Notes under the pieces: generated by a model
Told to the model about the DNA's origin: nothing
Seen by the model: only the letters and a program-made list of their open reading frames with translations
Databases searched by the model: none
NCBI RefSeq assembly: GCF_009914755.1
Contig: NC_060943.1
DNA: 64,000 bases
From: the human T2T-CHM13v2.0 reference genome, Homo sapiens
Strand: one strand, 5' to 3'
Program-made: the position numbers and the translations under genes
Shown: one piece after another, positions 1-31,879 of the stretch
How the letters are laid out: every line of letters starts with the position of its first letter
Position numbering within the stretch: position 1 is the first letter of the stretch

Positions 1-240
1 TGCAGTCATCACTACACTTTCTCTTAAGCACCACAAAATGCAAATTATTAACTAGGGTGTAACATTTGTTAACCTGATAAGGTAAAATTTAGTACAATAC
101 AAATAAATGCAACAATCTTTATTTTGCCATTTGACCTTGTGACAAATGTATACACCTGAGTGATAAGAAATTTCTAAGAAATAATATTTTACATAGGTCA
201 CATATTAAATATCCAGTTTTAGCTGGGGTGCAGTGGCTCA

Positions 241-5225
<4,985 letters not shown>

Positions 5226-5413
5226 CATGGGGGAACCCTCTGTATCATTTTGTAATTCTCTGTGGATCTATAATTATTTCAAAATAAAAAGTTTTAAAAA
5301 ATATACTCCTAAAGAAAGATTATTCCAAAACATTTGGAATATTTTGGAATAGTTATGACTGGAAAATCATTGACAAGACTCACTGTACAAGTCACATGAG
5401 AGAATGTGAATTA

Positions 5414-5898
5414 CAGTTCACCTTTGAACCACATGGGTTTGAACTATGTGGGTCCATTTGTAACACAGATTTCTTTTTTCAGTAAAATTACACCGAGTGT
5501 GCCTCCCTCTCCTGCCCTCCCTTTTACCTTCACCTCTTCCCCCTTTGCCACCCAAAACAGCAAGGCCAAACTCTCCTCTTCCTCAGCCTCCTTAACCTGA
5601 AGACCATAAGGGCAAAGACCTTCATGATGATTCACTTCCACTTAATAAATAATAAATATATTTTCTCTTCCTTTTGATTTTCTTAAAAGCATTTTCTTTT
5701 CTCTAGCTGAATTTTATTATAAAAATACAGAATATAATACATATACCATACAAAATACATGTTAACCAACTCTTTGCTATCGGTAAGTTAACAGCAGGCT
5801 ATCAGTAGTTAAGTTTCAGGGATGGTCAAAAGTTATACACAGCTTTTCAACTGCACAGAGGTTAGCGCCCCAAGCCTGCATCGTTTGAAGGACAACTG
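5414..5898. mobile_element. Tigger2a/MER28-like DNA transposon
   Basis: Terminal inverted repeats ta|CAGTTCACCTTTGAA...TTTGAAGGACAACTG, matching recalled Tigger2 termini. Confidence 0.75.
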
Positions 5899-5907
5899 TG
5901 CTTAGTA

Positions 5908-6791
5908 TAATTGCGGTTTCTGCCATTTTTTCTTTTTATTATACTTTAAGTTCTAGGGTACATGTGCACAACGTGCAGGTTTGATACATAAGTACATATG
6001 TGCCATGTTGGTGTGCTGCACCCATCAACTCATCATTTACATTAGGTATTTCTCCTAATGCTATCCCTCTCCCAGCCCCCCACCCCACAACAGGCCCCGG
6101 TGTGTGATGCTCCCCACCCTGTGTCCAAGTGATCTCATAGTTCAATTCCCACCTACGAGTGAGAACATACAGTGTTTGGTTTTCTGTCCTTGTGATAGTT
6201 TGCTCAGAATGATGGTTTCCAGCTTCATCCATGTCCCTACAAAGGACATGAAATCATCCTTTTTTATGGCTGCATAGTATTCCATGGTGTATATGTGCCA
6301 CATTTTCTCAATCCAGTGTATCACTGATGGACATTTGGGTTGGTTCCACGTCTTTGCTATTGTGAATAGTGCCGCAATAAACATACATGTGCATGTGTCT
6401 TTATAGTAGCATGATTTATAATCTTTTGGGTATATACCCAGTAACGGGATTGCTGGGTCAAATGGTAATTCTAGTTCTAGATCCTTGAGGAATCGCCACA
6501 CTGTCTTCCACAATGGTTGAACTAATTTACACTCCCACCAACAGAGTAAAAGCGTTCCTATTTCTCCACATCCTCTCCAGCATCTGTTGTTTCCTGACTT
6601 TTTAACGATTGCCATTCTAACTGGCGTGAGATGGTATCTCATTGTGGTTTTGATTTGCATTTCTCTGATGACCAGTGATGATGAGCATTTTTTTCATGTG
6701 TCTGTTGGCTGCACAGATGTCTTCTTTTGAGAAGTATCTGTTTGCCATTATTTTTAATGGCAAAACCGCAATTACTTTTGCACCAACCTAA
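5908..6791. mobile_element. MADE1 (Hsmar1 MITE) split by the L1 insertion
   Basis: Left half TAATTGCGGTTTCTGCCATT (5908-5927); right half TGCCATTATTTTTAATGGCAAAACCGCAATTACTTTTGCACCAACCTAA (6743-6791). Confidence 0.85.
5928..6742 (-). mobile_element. 5'-truncated L1PA element (ORF2 C-terminus + 3'UTR) with TSD TGCCATT
   Basis: ORF 6142-6660 is the L1 ORF2 C-terminus (…[10 protein letters not shown]). G-rich 3'UTR present. TGCCATT at 5921-5927 and 6743-6749. Confidence 0.95.
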
Positions 6792-7102
6792 TACATAAAG
6801 TAAGGCTATAATGTTAACAGGGATGTAGAAGGAAAATGGCACTAATTATTAGGGAGGCAGACCTGATGTTGAATATGAAGGTGAGAAAAAGGATTAAGAA
6901 ATAATTCTTAGTCATCAATTTTGTGTCACTATGTACATTCTGGTGCCAGGAATGTGTAGAGAAGGCTGAGGAAATAAAAAAAAATGACTTAAATTTTGTA
7001 TATGTTGAGATTTAGCTGACAGGATATATACGAGGGTGTACACTAGGTGGTGGATAGAGAGCTTATGATTAATTGTGATAGAGATTAGCTGAATAGAGAG
7101 CT

Positions 7103-15443
<8,341 letters not shown>

Positions 15444-15984
15444 TTAAAACATTAAGTTAAAATGTGGATAGTGGTAATGAGAAGCTCAATAGAAGGGCTG
15501 GAAGGCAAAAGGTGTCAAAGTTACCCAGAATGGATAGCAGGAAATACATAGAAAATAGTAGAGAAAAGAAATGGAGAAGCAACATCTGAAAAACAAGTTT
15601 CAGAAAGAAAACAGAGAAAACATTTGTGTTTGAGGAGGTGGTTTAGGAAGAAATGAAAAAATGCTTTCAAAATCTCAAACAAAAGTCACTTCTAACAAGG
15701 AATTCTATTTGCAGCCAAAACATCAATATAGCGTGATGACAAAATCAACAACAGTTTTCCTTGACAGTGCACCTCTCCACTGTCACACAGGTGGCCTCCA
15801 GAGACGGAGACATTACCCACGTGTTCATTCTTGACAGGAAGATCAAGTTTTCTTTCAGGAGCACCAAGTCTAGAGTCCAGCTGGTTCCTAAGGCCTGTCT
15901 GCCTCTGCCCTAAGGCTGTGGTGACAGATTAGAGCTATCTACTCTTGGACTGAAATTCCACCCCTTGGGACTCCTCCTCCTCAC

Positions 15985-16056
15985 CTCATAGGAGCTGCCA
16001 TGATCCTCTGGAGCCAGGGCTGAGGATTTCTGGGGTGAGGTCCAACTAGCTGGCAT
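15985..16056 (-). CDS. ZNF585B: ZNF585B first coding segment (24 codons, [24 protein letters not shown]); the rest of the gene lies left of the window
   Basis: Reverse complement reads gccATGCCAGCTAGTTGG...TCCTATGAG|gtgagg: good Kozak context, phase-0 GT donor. The peptide matches my recollection of the ZNF585B N-terminus (ZNF585A has MPANW). Confidence 0.9.
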
Positions 16057-16199
16057 GGCCACACTGGATCTCAACCCTTTTTGTCTAGGGTGCCTGAAGT
16101 TTAGTGGTCATCTGTGAACTCAGCAGAGCTGCTCCGAAGAGGTGGGCTGGAGTCTGGAGGAAGGTCTGGCCCAGGGACTCCCCAGAGACACCCAAGAAC
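15985..16199 (-). other. ZNF585B: ZNF585B exon 2 (215 nt: 143 nt 5'UTR + 72 nt CDS)
   Basis: Minus-strand acceptor ttgtttttctag|GTTCTTGG at 16200/16199 and donor GAG|gtgagg at 15985/15984. Confidence 0.8.
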
Positions 16200-16293
16200 C
16201 TAGAAAAACAATGTCCACGTAGTCATTCAACATTCACTACATAAACACTTCCTGGATACACCAAGGTGCAGGTCCCTGCGCTAGAAACCAGAG

Positions 16294-16472
16294 CAGTGGT
16301 TCCCAAACGTAGGTATGCATTCAAGTCACCTGGAGGGCTTGTTAAAACATAGTTTAAAATTCTCAACTTCACCCCTTCGATGGGTCTAAGGTAGGCCCTA
16401 AGAATTTTATTTTCTAATAAGTGCCCAGGAAATGCTGATGCTGCTGGTACAAGAACCACACTTTCAGAACTG
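16294..16472. mobile_element. MER5A/B (hAT-Charlie)
   Basis: cagtggttcccaaac...tcacctggagggcttgttaaaac...gctgatgctgctggt...accacactt. Confidence 0.75.
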
Positions 16473-16825
16473 TGGAGAACAGTGCTGAAATATGGGAAAA
16501 GCCATGAAATTTAGAGTAACATTACTGCAGATTTGAACTGCAGCTGTACCACTTTTCAACAATGAGAATATAAAGAAGTTACTCAGATTTTGTTTCAGAA
16601 ATAAGGATGAAAATGCCTGTGTCACAGTTACTAAGATTAAATGAGATTATGCTTTTAAAGTACTCAATGCCTCCCTGCCATGCAAGAATCACGCAATAAA
16701 TATCAGCAATTACCATGCACTATATTAAAACGTAATACAGAAAACCATGTCATCAAAACAAGTAAGATAATAAACATATCAGACAATGTTGATCTATATA
16801 TGAAATAAAAATGATATGCGATTGA

Positions 16826-17152
<327 letters not shown>

Positions 17153-17830
17153 TGATCCGCCTGCCTCGGCCTCCCAAAGTGCTGGGATTACAGGCGTGAG
17201 CCACCGCGCCCAACCCACCTCACACTATTAAGTAGACAAATTCCAGGAGCACTAAACATTTAAATACATGCATTTTTTAAAACCCCTAAGGATATTAAAA
17301 TAATTTTCAGACTATATATTTGTATAGCATTGTGGTGGGGTGATAAGGATCTTATTACACATGACAGGAAACCCAGAAGCTATAACAGAAAAAAACAGGT
17401 ATTTCTGATTATGTTTCCTAATTATATGTTTAAATAAACCATAAAATTCGACATAAAGATATATAAGAAATTTTTTCAATATGTGATGATAGCTTGCTTG
17501 TAATGTTAACTCTAAGCAATCACTAAGCAAAAAAGGCCAAAAAAAAAAATAAAAGAAACTGGAAAAGGTATGAAAATTCAGAGAAAAGGAAGCAAATGGC
17601 AATTAACAAAAAGATACCAACTTAACTAAAAGAAAAACGCGTCAGAACAATTAGAGAGAAATTTTCCTTAGAATCATAAAAGCTTTAAAAAAGTAACAGA
17701 CCAAGCACAATGGATCACTTGAGGCCAGGAGTTCGAGACCAGCCTGGCCAACATGGCGAAACGCTGTCTCTACTAAAAATACAAAAATTAGCCAGGCGTG
17801 GTGGCGGGCACTTGAAATCCCAGCTACTCA

Positions 17831-17995
<165 letters not shown>

Positions 17996-18068
17996 TTATT
18001 GGTTGAAGCTTGAATTGCTATAATGTCTTTTGAGCTATTTAGTCATATCTATTTTTTTATTTTTTTGA

Positions 18069-18284
<216 letters not shown>

Positions 18285-18647
18285 TGATCTGCCCACCTTG
18301 GCCACCCAAAGTGCTGGGATTACAGGCGTGAGCCACCAGGCCCGGTCAGTCATATCTAGCAATACACTCAACTGATCCCAATAATATAGTTTTAAATATA
18401 TAAAGCAGAAACAGAAGAAAGGACAGGTGGACAAATAACTTTTCCAATGTGAGTAGTTTACCTTCCTCAACAAAATAATCTGTGAGGAGATACATAATAT
18501 ATATAACATATGATTAATATCCATAACAATACAAATTAGAGAACATATTACACTCTTTTCATGTAATAGATGTGACATTTATGAAAAATGAGGAAGAACT
18601 AGGCCATAAAGCAATTGTTCAACTGAAGCATCACCTACAGACACTAA

Positions 18648-18865
<218 letters not shown>

Positions 18866-19129
18866 TAGCAAGGATGGTCTCGATCTCCTGACCTCATGAT
18901 CCGCCCGCCTGGGTCTCCCAAAGTGCTGGGATTACAGGTTTGAGCCACCGCGCCCGGCCATAAAGTGCACTTCTAAACAGCTCATGGGTCAAAGAAAAAC
19001 AATTACTGAAAAAAATTTTTAAACACTTAGATTTGAACAATACGAAACTGCTACACATCAAAACTTGTTAATCTTTATATTACAGGCTGAAATGGAAAGA
19101 ACTGAACTTTCAACTCAGGTCAGAAAGCA

Positions 19130-19400
19130 AGCTGATCACAGTCCTCACCGACCACCATAGCTGACCCTACAGGCCCTCAGTCACTGACCACAGACTCCCG
19201 TCACTGACCCCCAAACCCCAATCACTCATCCCAAAGAGCCCCATCAATGACCCGAGAAATCCCTGTCACAGACAACCATCAACGGACGTCACAGACCCCC
19301 ATCACCATGCCCCGAAACCACCATCACTAATTCCACAGACAACTCCTCTATTACTGACTTCACAGAATCCCTAATTGCAACCAACCAAAATCGTCACAGA
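19130..19400. repeat. Degenerate ~22-nt tandem repeat at the start of ZNF585B intron 1
   Basis: Units such as cagtcactgaccacagactcc / cgtcactgacccccaaacccc / catcaatgacccgagaaatccc. Confidence 0.6.
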
Positions 19401-19419
19401 GACCTCTCGGCATTAAAAC

Positions 19420-20332
<913 letters not shown>

Positions 20333-20715
20333 TGAGTTCACTCCTGGGTGAAACCACTAGGCAAGACGGAGTTATGTCACAGTAGGTAGTATCCTGCAGG
20401 AAGGGAGGTACAATTTTTAGTAGTTGAAAACACATTAGGAAATAGGGTAGAAGTTGGGTTAGTACAATCCTCTTCTAGGAGATACCATGGAAGAGGGGTT
20501 AGAAGTCTAAGCATCCCCTTTGAAACGGCTGGTAGAAGGCTTTGGGAGGTATAGATATTTTAATCCCCTTAATCTCCATCAGCATCCACCCTAGCTAACT
20601 CAAGCACAACTATAGTAAGCAGCAACAATAAAAATAATAATAGTCTTGGCTGGTCGTGGTGGTTCATGCCTGTAATCCCAGCACTTTGGGAGGCCGAGGC
20701 GGGCACATCACCTTA

Positions 20716-20997
<282 letters not shown>

Positions 20998-21227
20998 CTA
21001 AAAACACCTGAAGAAAATCTTGCTTTTTTTTTTTTTTTTTTTTTGAGACAGAGTCTCACTCTGTCACCCAGGCTGGAGTGTAATGGCACAATCATGGCTC
21101 ACTGCAACCTTGACTGCCCAGGCTCAAAAGCAATCCCAGCTGGGCGCAGTGGCTCATGCCTGTAATCCCAACGCATTGGGAGGCCGAGGCAGGTGGATCA
21201 TGAGGTCAAGAGATCGAGACCATCCTA

Positions 21228-21880
<653 letters not shown>

Positions 21881-21884
21881 AAAT

Positions 21885-22150
21885 CCAAGAAGGGGATGAT
21901 GAGAACCTCTAATTTTCAGGCAAACTGGGCAGTTGTTGGTAATCAGGTGACCTAGTAGTTGTCATTGGCATCTGAAGAGGTGGGCAGTCTTGTGGGACTG
22001 AGCAATTAAACTGTAAGGTCTGTGCTAACTCAGGTTAGTGTCAGAATTGAATTCAATTGTAGGACACCCATGTAGGGAGGGCTGGAGAAGTGGTGTCAGA
22101 AAAACTCCACATATTTTGTGTTAAAAACGAAACATTCTGGAAGTATTGAG
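21885..22150. mobile_element. MER21-like LTR fragment
   Basis: ttggcatctgaagaggtgggcagtcttgtgggactgagc...gttagtgtcagaattgaatt; related sequence in opposite orientation at ~50100-50710. Confidence 0.55.
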
Positions 22151-22579
22151 TGTTGTGAGAGTATATATTTTTAAAACCAGTTTGTTTTTCCTATGCAACT
22201 GTATAAAAAGACATATCAAGTCTCACTCCCCCCACCACCCCAATCACTATAGGTTATCACTATAGGTATTGTTTCTGGTTCACGTTTCCAATACTTCTTT
22301 TTTCCTATCTTTTCTTTTTTTAGTGAATATAAACAAATGCTTATATCTAATCTAATTTCCTTTTCTTTTTTAGACGAACTATATGTTACACTGTTCTATA
22401 CTTTCCATTTTTTATATATTCCAGAGTTAATGTCATTCCGTAGAGAGCTTCGTTTTTTTTTTTTTCTGCTGTGTGTGTATGGGCTGCATAAAACTTTATG
22501 ATGTGACTGTGGTGATTTGAGCTGCTACCTTTATCAAATACTAAGCATCTATGTGGATGTTAATTTCTTTTTTTTTTGA

Positions 22580-22837
<258 letters not shown>

Positions 22838-22866
22838 TGAGCCACCGTGCCTGGCCGGGATGTTAA

Positions 22867-23052
<186 letters not shown>

Positions 23053-23904
23053 TAGTAGAGATGGGGTTTCATCATGTTGGCCAGGCTGGTCTCGAACTCC
23101 TGACCTCAGGTGATCCACCCACCTCGGCCACCCAAAGGGCTGGGCGTGAGCCACCGCGCCCGGCCATGGATGTTTATTTCTCCATTTCCCATCCTCCTCC
23201 CTTTGTCTGTCTCTCTAACCACACACAAATAGCACACTGTTTTAAGTATAGAGGCTTTATCATGTACCTCATATAACTTCATGTAACTTCAATTCTACTT
23301 TCTGTCTCTATGAATACACCTATTCTAGGCACCTCATATAAGTGGATTCATACAATATTTGTCCTTTTGGTCTGGCTTATCTCACTCCGCATAGTGTTGA
23401 AAAAGAAAATAAATGGCTTTTATCTGAGGAATGCAAGCCTTCTTTATGTGATCAAGCCCAGAGAGGGGTTGGGATGACACAGCTGTTGTGGTGGCTCATG
23501 CCTGTAATCCCAGCACTTTGGGAGGCCTCGGTGGGAGGATTACTTGAGGCCCGGAGTTTGAAACTAGACTGGGCAACATAACTAAACCCTCTCTCTATAA
23601 ATTTTTTTTTCAATTAGCCAGGTGTGGTGGTGTACACCAATAGTCCCAGCTACTCAGAAGGCCTAGGCGGAAGGATGCTTAAGTCCAGGAGTATGAGGCT
23701 GCAGTGAGCTGTGATCATACCTCTGCATTCCAGCCTGGGAGACAGAGCAAGACCTTGTCTCTAAAAAAAAAAAAAAAAAAAAAAAATGCTGGGTGCAGTG
23801 GCTCACACCTGTAATCCCAGTACTTCGGGAGGCCAAGGCAGGCAGATCACTTGAGGTCAGGAGTTCAAGACCAGCCTAGCCAACATGATGAAACCCTGTC
23901 TCTA

Positions 23905-24135
<231 letters not shown>

Positions 24136-24149
24136 TTAAAAAAAAGAAA

Positions 24150-24548
24150 TGAGTTTTTTCTGCTCTAAAATCAAAAGTTTGCAAGCTGCATTCCTTTCTG
24201 GAGGCTCTGGAGAATTTGTTTTTTTTCATTTTCCAAGTTGGAGAAGCTGCCTGCATTCCTCAGCTCATGGGCTCCTTTCATCTTTACACCCAATAATGGC
24301 TGGTCGTGTGTTTCTCACAGCACACAATTCCAACACTGACTTTATGCCTTCTTCCTCATTTCAGACCCCATGTGATTACATTGGGTCTAACTGGACAATC
24401 CAGTATAATTCCCCTATGTTAAGGTCAGCCGATTAGCAACTTTAATTCTACCTGTTAATTTAATTCCACTTGCCATGTAACATAGCATATTCACAAGTCC
24501 CAGGAACTAGCATGTGGGTATTTTGGGGGGAACATTATCCTGCCTACT
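24150..24548 (-). mobile_element. MLT1 (ERVL-MaLR) LTR
   Basis: ctttctggaggctctg...gtgattacattggg...aaggtcagccgattagcaac...cattatcctgcctac. Confidence 0.7.
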
Positions 24549-25286
24549 TTAGATGTTGAGGTCATTCAAGAGGAAAATGATAGTTTTGTTAACATGTGAT
24601 GTTAGAACAACTGAATTTCCATCTGGAAAATAATAACTTTGAACATTACCTCACATACACAAAAACTAACTTCAAGTGGATGATAGACCAAAAATAAAAA
24701 CTAAAACTATACAACCTTTAGAATAAAACATAGGAGAAATTCTTCACAACACTAGAGGAGTCAAAGATTGTTAGAAAGACCAGAAAGCATGAAGCACATT
24801 TTAAAGATGAGAAATTGGATTTCATCAGAAGTAAAAACTGCTTTTTGAAAGACATCATGAAGAAACTGAGGGCTGGGCACAGTGACTCACACCTGTAATA
24901 ACACAGTGAGACCCCATCTCCACAAAACACAAGAAAATTAGTTGGGGGTGGTGGTGCACACCTGCAGTCCCAGCTACTCAGGAGGATCGACTAAACCCAG
25001 GAGGTCAAGGCTGTGGTGAGCTATGTTAACACCACTGCACTCCAGACTAGGCAACAGAGCAAGACCCTGTCTCAAAAAAAAAAAAAAAAAAAAACTGAGA
25101 AGGTAAGCCCCAGGCAGGGAGAGAATATTTGCAATTTGCAATATGTATATTTGGCAAAGGACTTTTACCCAAACATATAAAGAATTGTTACAACTCAATA
25201 ATAACCAATTTTAAAATAAGAAAATTTTATTTATTTATTTATTTATTATTATTTTTTGAGATGCAGTTTTGCTCTTGTTGCCCTAG

Positions 25287-25400
<114 letters not shown>

Positions 25401-25764
25401 TAGTAGAGACGGTGTTTCTCCACGTTGGTCAGGGTGGTCTCGAACTCCCAACCTCAGGTGATCTGCCCGCCTCAGCCTCCCAAAGTGCTAGGATTACAGG
25501 CGTGAGCCACTGCGCCCAGCCGAATATTTTCAATAGATGTCACAAAAGAAGATAAAAGAATGGCAAATAAGTATATGAAAGTATGCTAAGTTCATTGACA
25601 TCAGGAAATGCAAATTAAAAACATAATTTGATACTACTGCTCATTCCTTAGAATAGTCAATAGATGCCTGATGTGGGGTTTGGGAGGTGGGGATTGACTT
25701 AACAATGTGGGGGGCAGAGGGCGGTGAATAAAAATATTCTATATCCGCCGGGCGCGGTGGCTCA

Positions 25765-26225
<461 letters not shown>

Positions 26226-27149
26226 AAATATTCTATATCCTGATTACGATGGTGGTGACAAGGGTTTAGACATGCGTTGAAGCTTACCGAACAGTTCACT
26301 TAAAATGAGTGCATTTTATTGTATCTAAATTATTCTTCAGTAAAGTTGATTTTTAAAAAACATGCACACAAATATAATTTACAAACTATAACATTAGCTC
26401 GTTTATGGTGTACCATTCAGTCACTTTTAGTGTATTCAGAGTTGTGCAAACATCATTATCTAATTCAAGAAGCTTTGCATTACCCCAAAAATGAACCCTT
26501 TAGCTATTACCAATCACTCACAGTTCCCCCTAATCCTGCTAGTCCTAAAAAACTCTAACTTACTCCTTTTCCGTAGATTTGACTATTTTAAATATTTCCT
26601 ATAAATGCAGTCATACAGTATGTGGCTTATCCACGGATGAAGGCAAAAATGACGATTTAGTCAGTCTAGCATTCTCAGAGAGCGTTATAACGCCTAGTAC
26701 AGTCCGGGGTCCTGGGTGCGTTCTGCACTGAGTCGGCTTGGGGCAGGAAGTCATTTAAGCGACCTCCTTCCACTTGCCCCAGCGCCTCACCCCTTCCTGC
26801 TCTAGACTACAGTTCCCAAAAATCCTTGCGGCTCTAGTCAACATCTGGCCCGAAGCTGGCGACCTTTTCCTGTTTCTCAGGGAACTCCCTGGGGTTGGCC
26901 GGTACCATGGAGGAAGATTGTCTTCAGCGTGCAGGGCCAGCGTCCTACGGCAGTTTCACTCTGAGCCTGTGTCTGGATCACGGAGACGCGGGGTAGCGGT
27001 TCGGAGTGCGGAGCAGGGATGTCCCCGAGCTGTGCAGCTGCAAGAACCCGAAAAAACAGGCGCCATCTTCTCGGCGCGGTCCTACTCCGGACTGTATTTC
27101 CCAGAGGCCCCCGCGAGTCCAGGGCAGCCCCTTCATTTGCCTGCTGGAC

Positions 27150-27220
27150 CCTCCGCCTCAAGGGTAGGGGAAGTGCGCGGTGAGCGGCCTGGGTCTTGCA
27201 GGCTCGGCTGGGGCCCGCAG
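27150..27220 (+). other. ZNF383: ZNF383 non-coding exon 1 (start approximate)
   Basis: Strong donor CAG|GTACGT at 27220/27221 inside the CpG island, followed by a TG-rich intron tract. Confidence 0.7.
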
Positions 27221-27269
27221 GTACGTGCATGGGAGTTTGAAGGGACTGACCAGGCTGGTCTGGAGTGTT

Positions 27270-28459
<1,190 letters not shown>

Positions 28460-28633
28460 TAAAGTGCTGGGATTACAGGCGTGAGCCACCACGCCGGGCC
28501 GCCTACACTTCTCTGACCTCCCCCATCCCTTCTTCTCTCCATAGATAGTAGCTGTAGATCCAAAATGACCTCTGATCTGCTCAGTCTGGGCCACAAGAAA
28601 GGCCTGGCATCTCATCATTCCTTTCTTCTTCAG

Positions 28634-28695
28634 CTCTGCTCTCGTCAAGAGAGTTACCCAGAGGAAGAATGGCTGTTGACCAAACCAAATACAAG
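28634..28695 (+). other. ZNF383: Candidate ZNF383 alternative 5' exon (62 nt) containing an ATG
   Basis: Acceptor cctttcttcttcag|CTCTGCTCTC and donor AAG|gtgcat. Resembles the 'CTCTGC...CCCAGAGGAAGA-ATGGCT' start exons of 19q13 KRAB-ZNF genes. Confidence 0.55.
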
Positions 28696-30705
28696 GTGCA
28701 TTGGGTTTCCTTTTTGCTTCTCTTCTCTGGATAGTCGTGGTTAACATAGAGTCAACAAGTGACCTGGTTCTTACAAGTTTCTATTCAAGAAAATGATGAG
28801 AAGCCTTGGAGTGGACTCAGAGATCCCAGTAGTCTGTTACTTCTTTCTACAAAATGTTCACTTATTAATTTAGAAAATAGAACAGTTTTCCCAGTGTACT
28901 AAAGTTTTGTTTTTTTAAACACACACACACTCTCCCCTCCTCTGTCTCACACACACCCACCCACACAATTCCAAAGAATTTAGAAAATAGGGAGTTACAA
29001 ACAGCAAATCTACTACCCAGAAATAACCCAGTAATATTTTGATCTATTTCCTTCTAGTAAGTTTCCTATGCACATATACATTGTTTTCAAGATTGGAATC
29101 TTATGACATTTACCATTTCATATCTTGTATTTTCACTAAAAATTATGTATGGTTCTTATATTTGGTTTTCTTTTCTTTTCTTTTTTTTTCTTGAGACGGA
29201 GTCTCGCTCTGTTGCCCAGGCTGGAGTGCAGAGGCGCGTTCTCAGCGCACCCAGGCTGGAGTGCAATGGCTAGATCTCAGCTCACTGCAACCTCCCGCCT
29301 CCCGAGTTCAAGCAATTCTCCCGCTCCAGCCTCCTGAGTAGCTGTGATTACAGGCACCTGCCATCATGCCTGGCTAATTTTTATATTTTTGTAGAGATGG
29401 AGTTTCACTATGTTGGCCAGGCTGTTCTTGAACTCCTGACCTCAGGTGAGGCCTCCCAAAGTGCTGGGTTTACAGGTGTGAGCCACTGCTCCTGGCCTAT
29501 ATTTGTTTTTTTTTTTGTTGTTGTTTAATCCCTTTATATTACGTAATACAGAAAAATAGTTAAAATATAGATGTATAGTTTAAGAAGTAATTATAAAGAG
29601 ACCCTCAGCATAACAAAAACTTGCTTCAGCAGTCCAGAAAAGCCCGCTAGTCCTTTCCCCAGAATAAACTTATCCTACCTCCCTCTTTAGGCAACACTTA
29701 TCCTGACTTTGATAATCGTTATTTTCTTCTTGACTTTTTAAAAAAAGTTTTGTTTTGTTTTGTTTTTTACCACATATCTGCTTATCCCTAAACAATATAG
29801 TTTAGTTTTGCCTTTTTAACACTATATAAATTAAATTGTACTGTATGATGTTGTTTTGAGTCTTGCCTTTCTTATAAAATACTATATTTGTTAGCCTCAC
29901 TCTCGCTGCTATACATAGCTGCAGTTCAGACGTTGGTTATTTCCTGTATGACAGGGCTGCTGTGAAAATGTTTTTACAAGTATACCAGCATATATGCATA
30001 CCTTTCCAGGATATAAGTGTATGAAGGAATTGCTGGGCCATACAGTATGTTTTGCATCTTTAAATTTCCTAGATAATGCTGAACTGATCTACAATATAGT
30101 TTTATAAATTAAATTCCTACCGACAGCTTATAAACATTATAGTCATCTTGTATTCTAACACATGGTCATTTGGTATTCTAATCTTTAATGAATCTGCTGA
30201 TACCATGATATATCATGTTGTTTTAAAAGTATAACATACATTCTGGGGCCAGGCATGGTGACTCATGCCTGTAATCCCAGCACTTTGGGAGGCCTACTGG
30301 GCAGATTGCTTGAGCCCAGGAGTTTGAGACAAGCCTGGGCAAGATGGTGAAACCCCATCTCTACAAAAAGTACAAAAATTAACCAGGCATGGTTACATGC
30401 TGCTATTGTCCCAGGTATTCAGGGGATAAGGTGGGAGGATTGTTTGAACCTAGGGAGGTTGAGGCTGCAGTGAGCTGCGATTGCACCACTGCCTTCCATC
30501 CTGGGCAACAGGGCAAGACCCTGTCTCAAATATATATATATACCATACATTCTGAAAAGTACAAAATCAAGGTATATGACCTGATGACTTGTATAAAAGT
30601 GAGCATATTCCGGGCTGGGCGCGGTGGCTCGTGCCTGTAATCCCAGCACTTTGGGAGGCCAAGGCAGGCAGATCATGAGGTCAGGAGATCAAGACCATCT
30701 GGCTA

Positions 30706-31026
<321 letters not shown>

Positions 31027-31281
31027 CTAAAGAGAACTAATAGTTTGTCTTCTATAGCCATAGACTAATTTTACCTATACTTGAATTTTGCTTGGCTTCT
31101 TTTTTTTTCACTTTTTTTTTCCTACTGTCAGTTTCACTTGGAGATGATGCTTGGCTTCTTTTGCTCAATATTGTATTTCGTATGTAATATGAATGTATTC
31201 TGTAATAATATGTAGTATAAATATATAAAATTCATCCATGTTGCTGCACGTTAGTTATAGGTGATATAATGAATATAGTGA

Positions 31282-31527
<246 letters not shown>

Positions 31528-31879
31528 TAGCCAGGCTGGTCTCAAACTCCTGACCTCAGGTGATCCGCCCGCCTCGGCCTCCCAAAGTGGTGGGATTACA
31601 GGTGTGAGCCACCGTGCCCGGCCGAATATAACACATTTTACTTATCCATTCCATTACTGATTGGCATTTGATTTCATATTGAGGCTGTTATGAAAAACGC
31701 TGCCGGGAACATTCTTTTACATGTCTTTTGGTGCACATATGAATGCATTTGTCTTGGGTGTATTTCTAGGAGTGAAATTGCTGGGTCATGGTTTCTGTAT
31801 ATGTTCAGCTCTAATAGATACTGACAGTTTTCTGAAATAGTGGTATCAATCTATATTCCAAACTGCAGTGTAGACTTTA

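Noticed and set aside
6142-6660. 172-aa ORF
   Set aside because: C-terminus of L1 ORF2 in a 5'-truncated element with no promoter.
28867-28990. 14-nt direct repeat AATTTAGAAAATAG flanking a ~96-nt CA-rich segment
   Set aside because: TSD-like, but AT-rich and short, with no identifiable insert; too weak to call.
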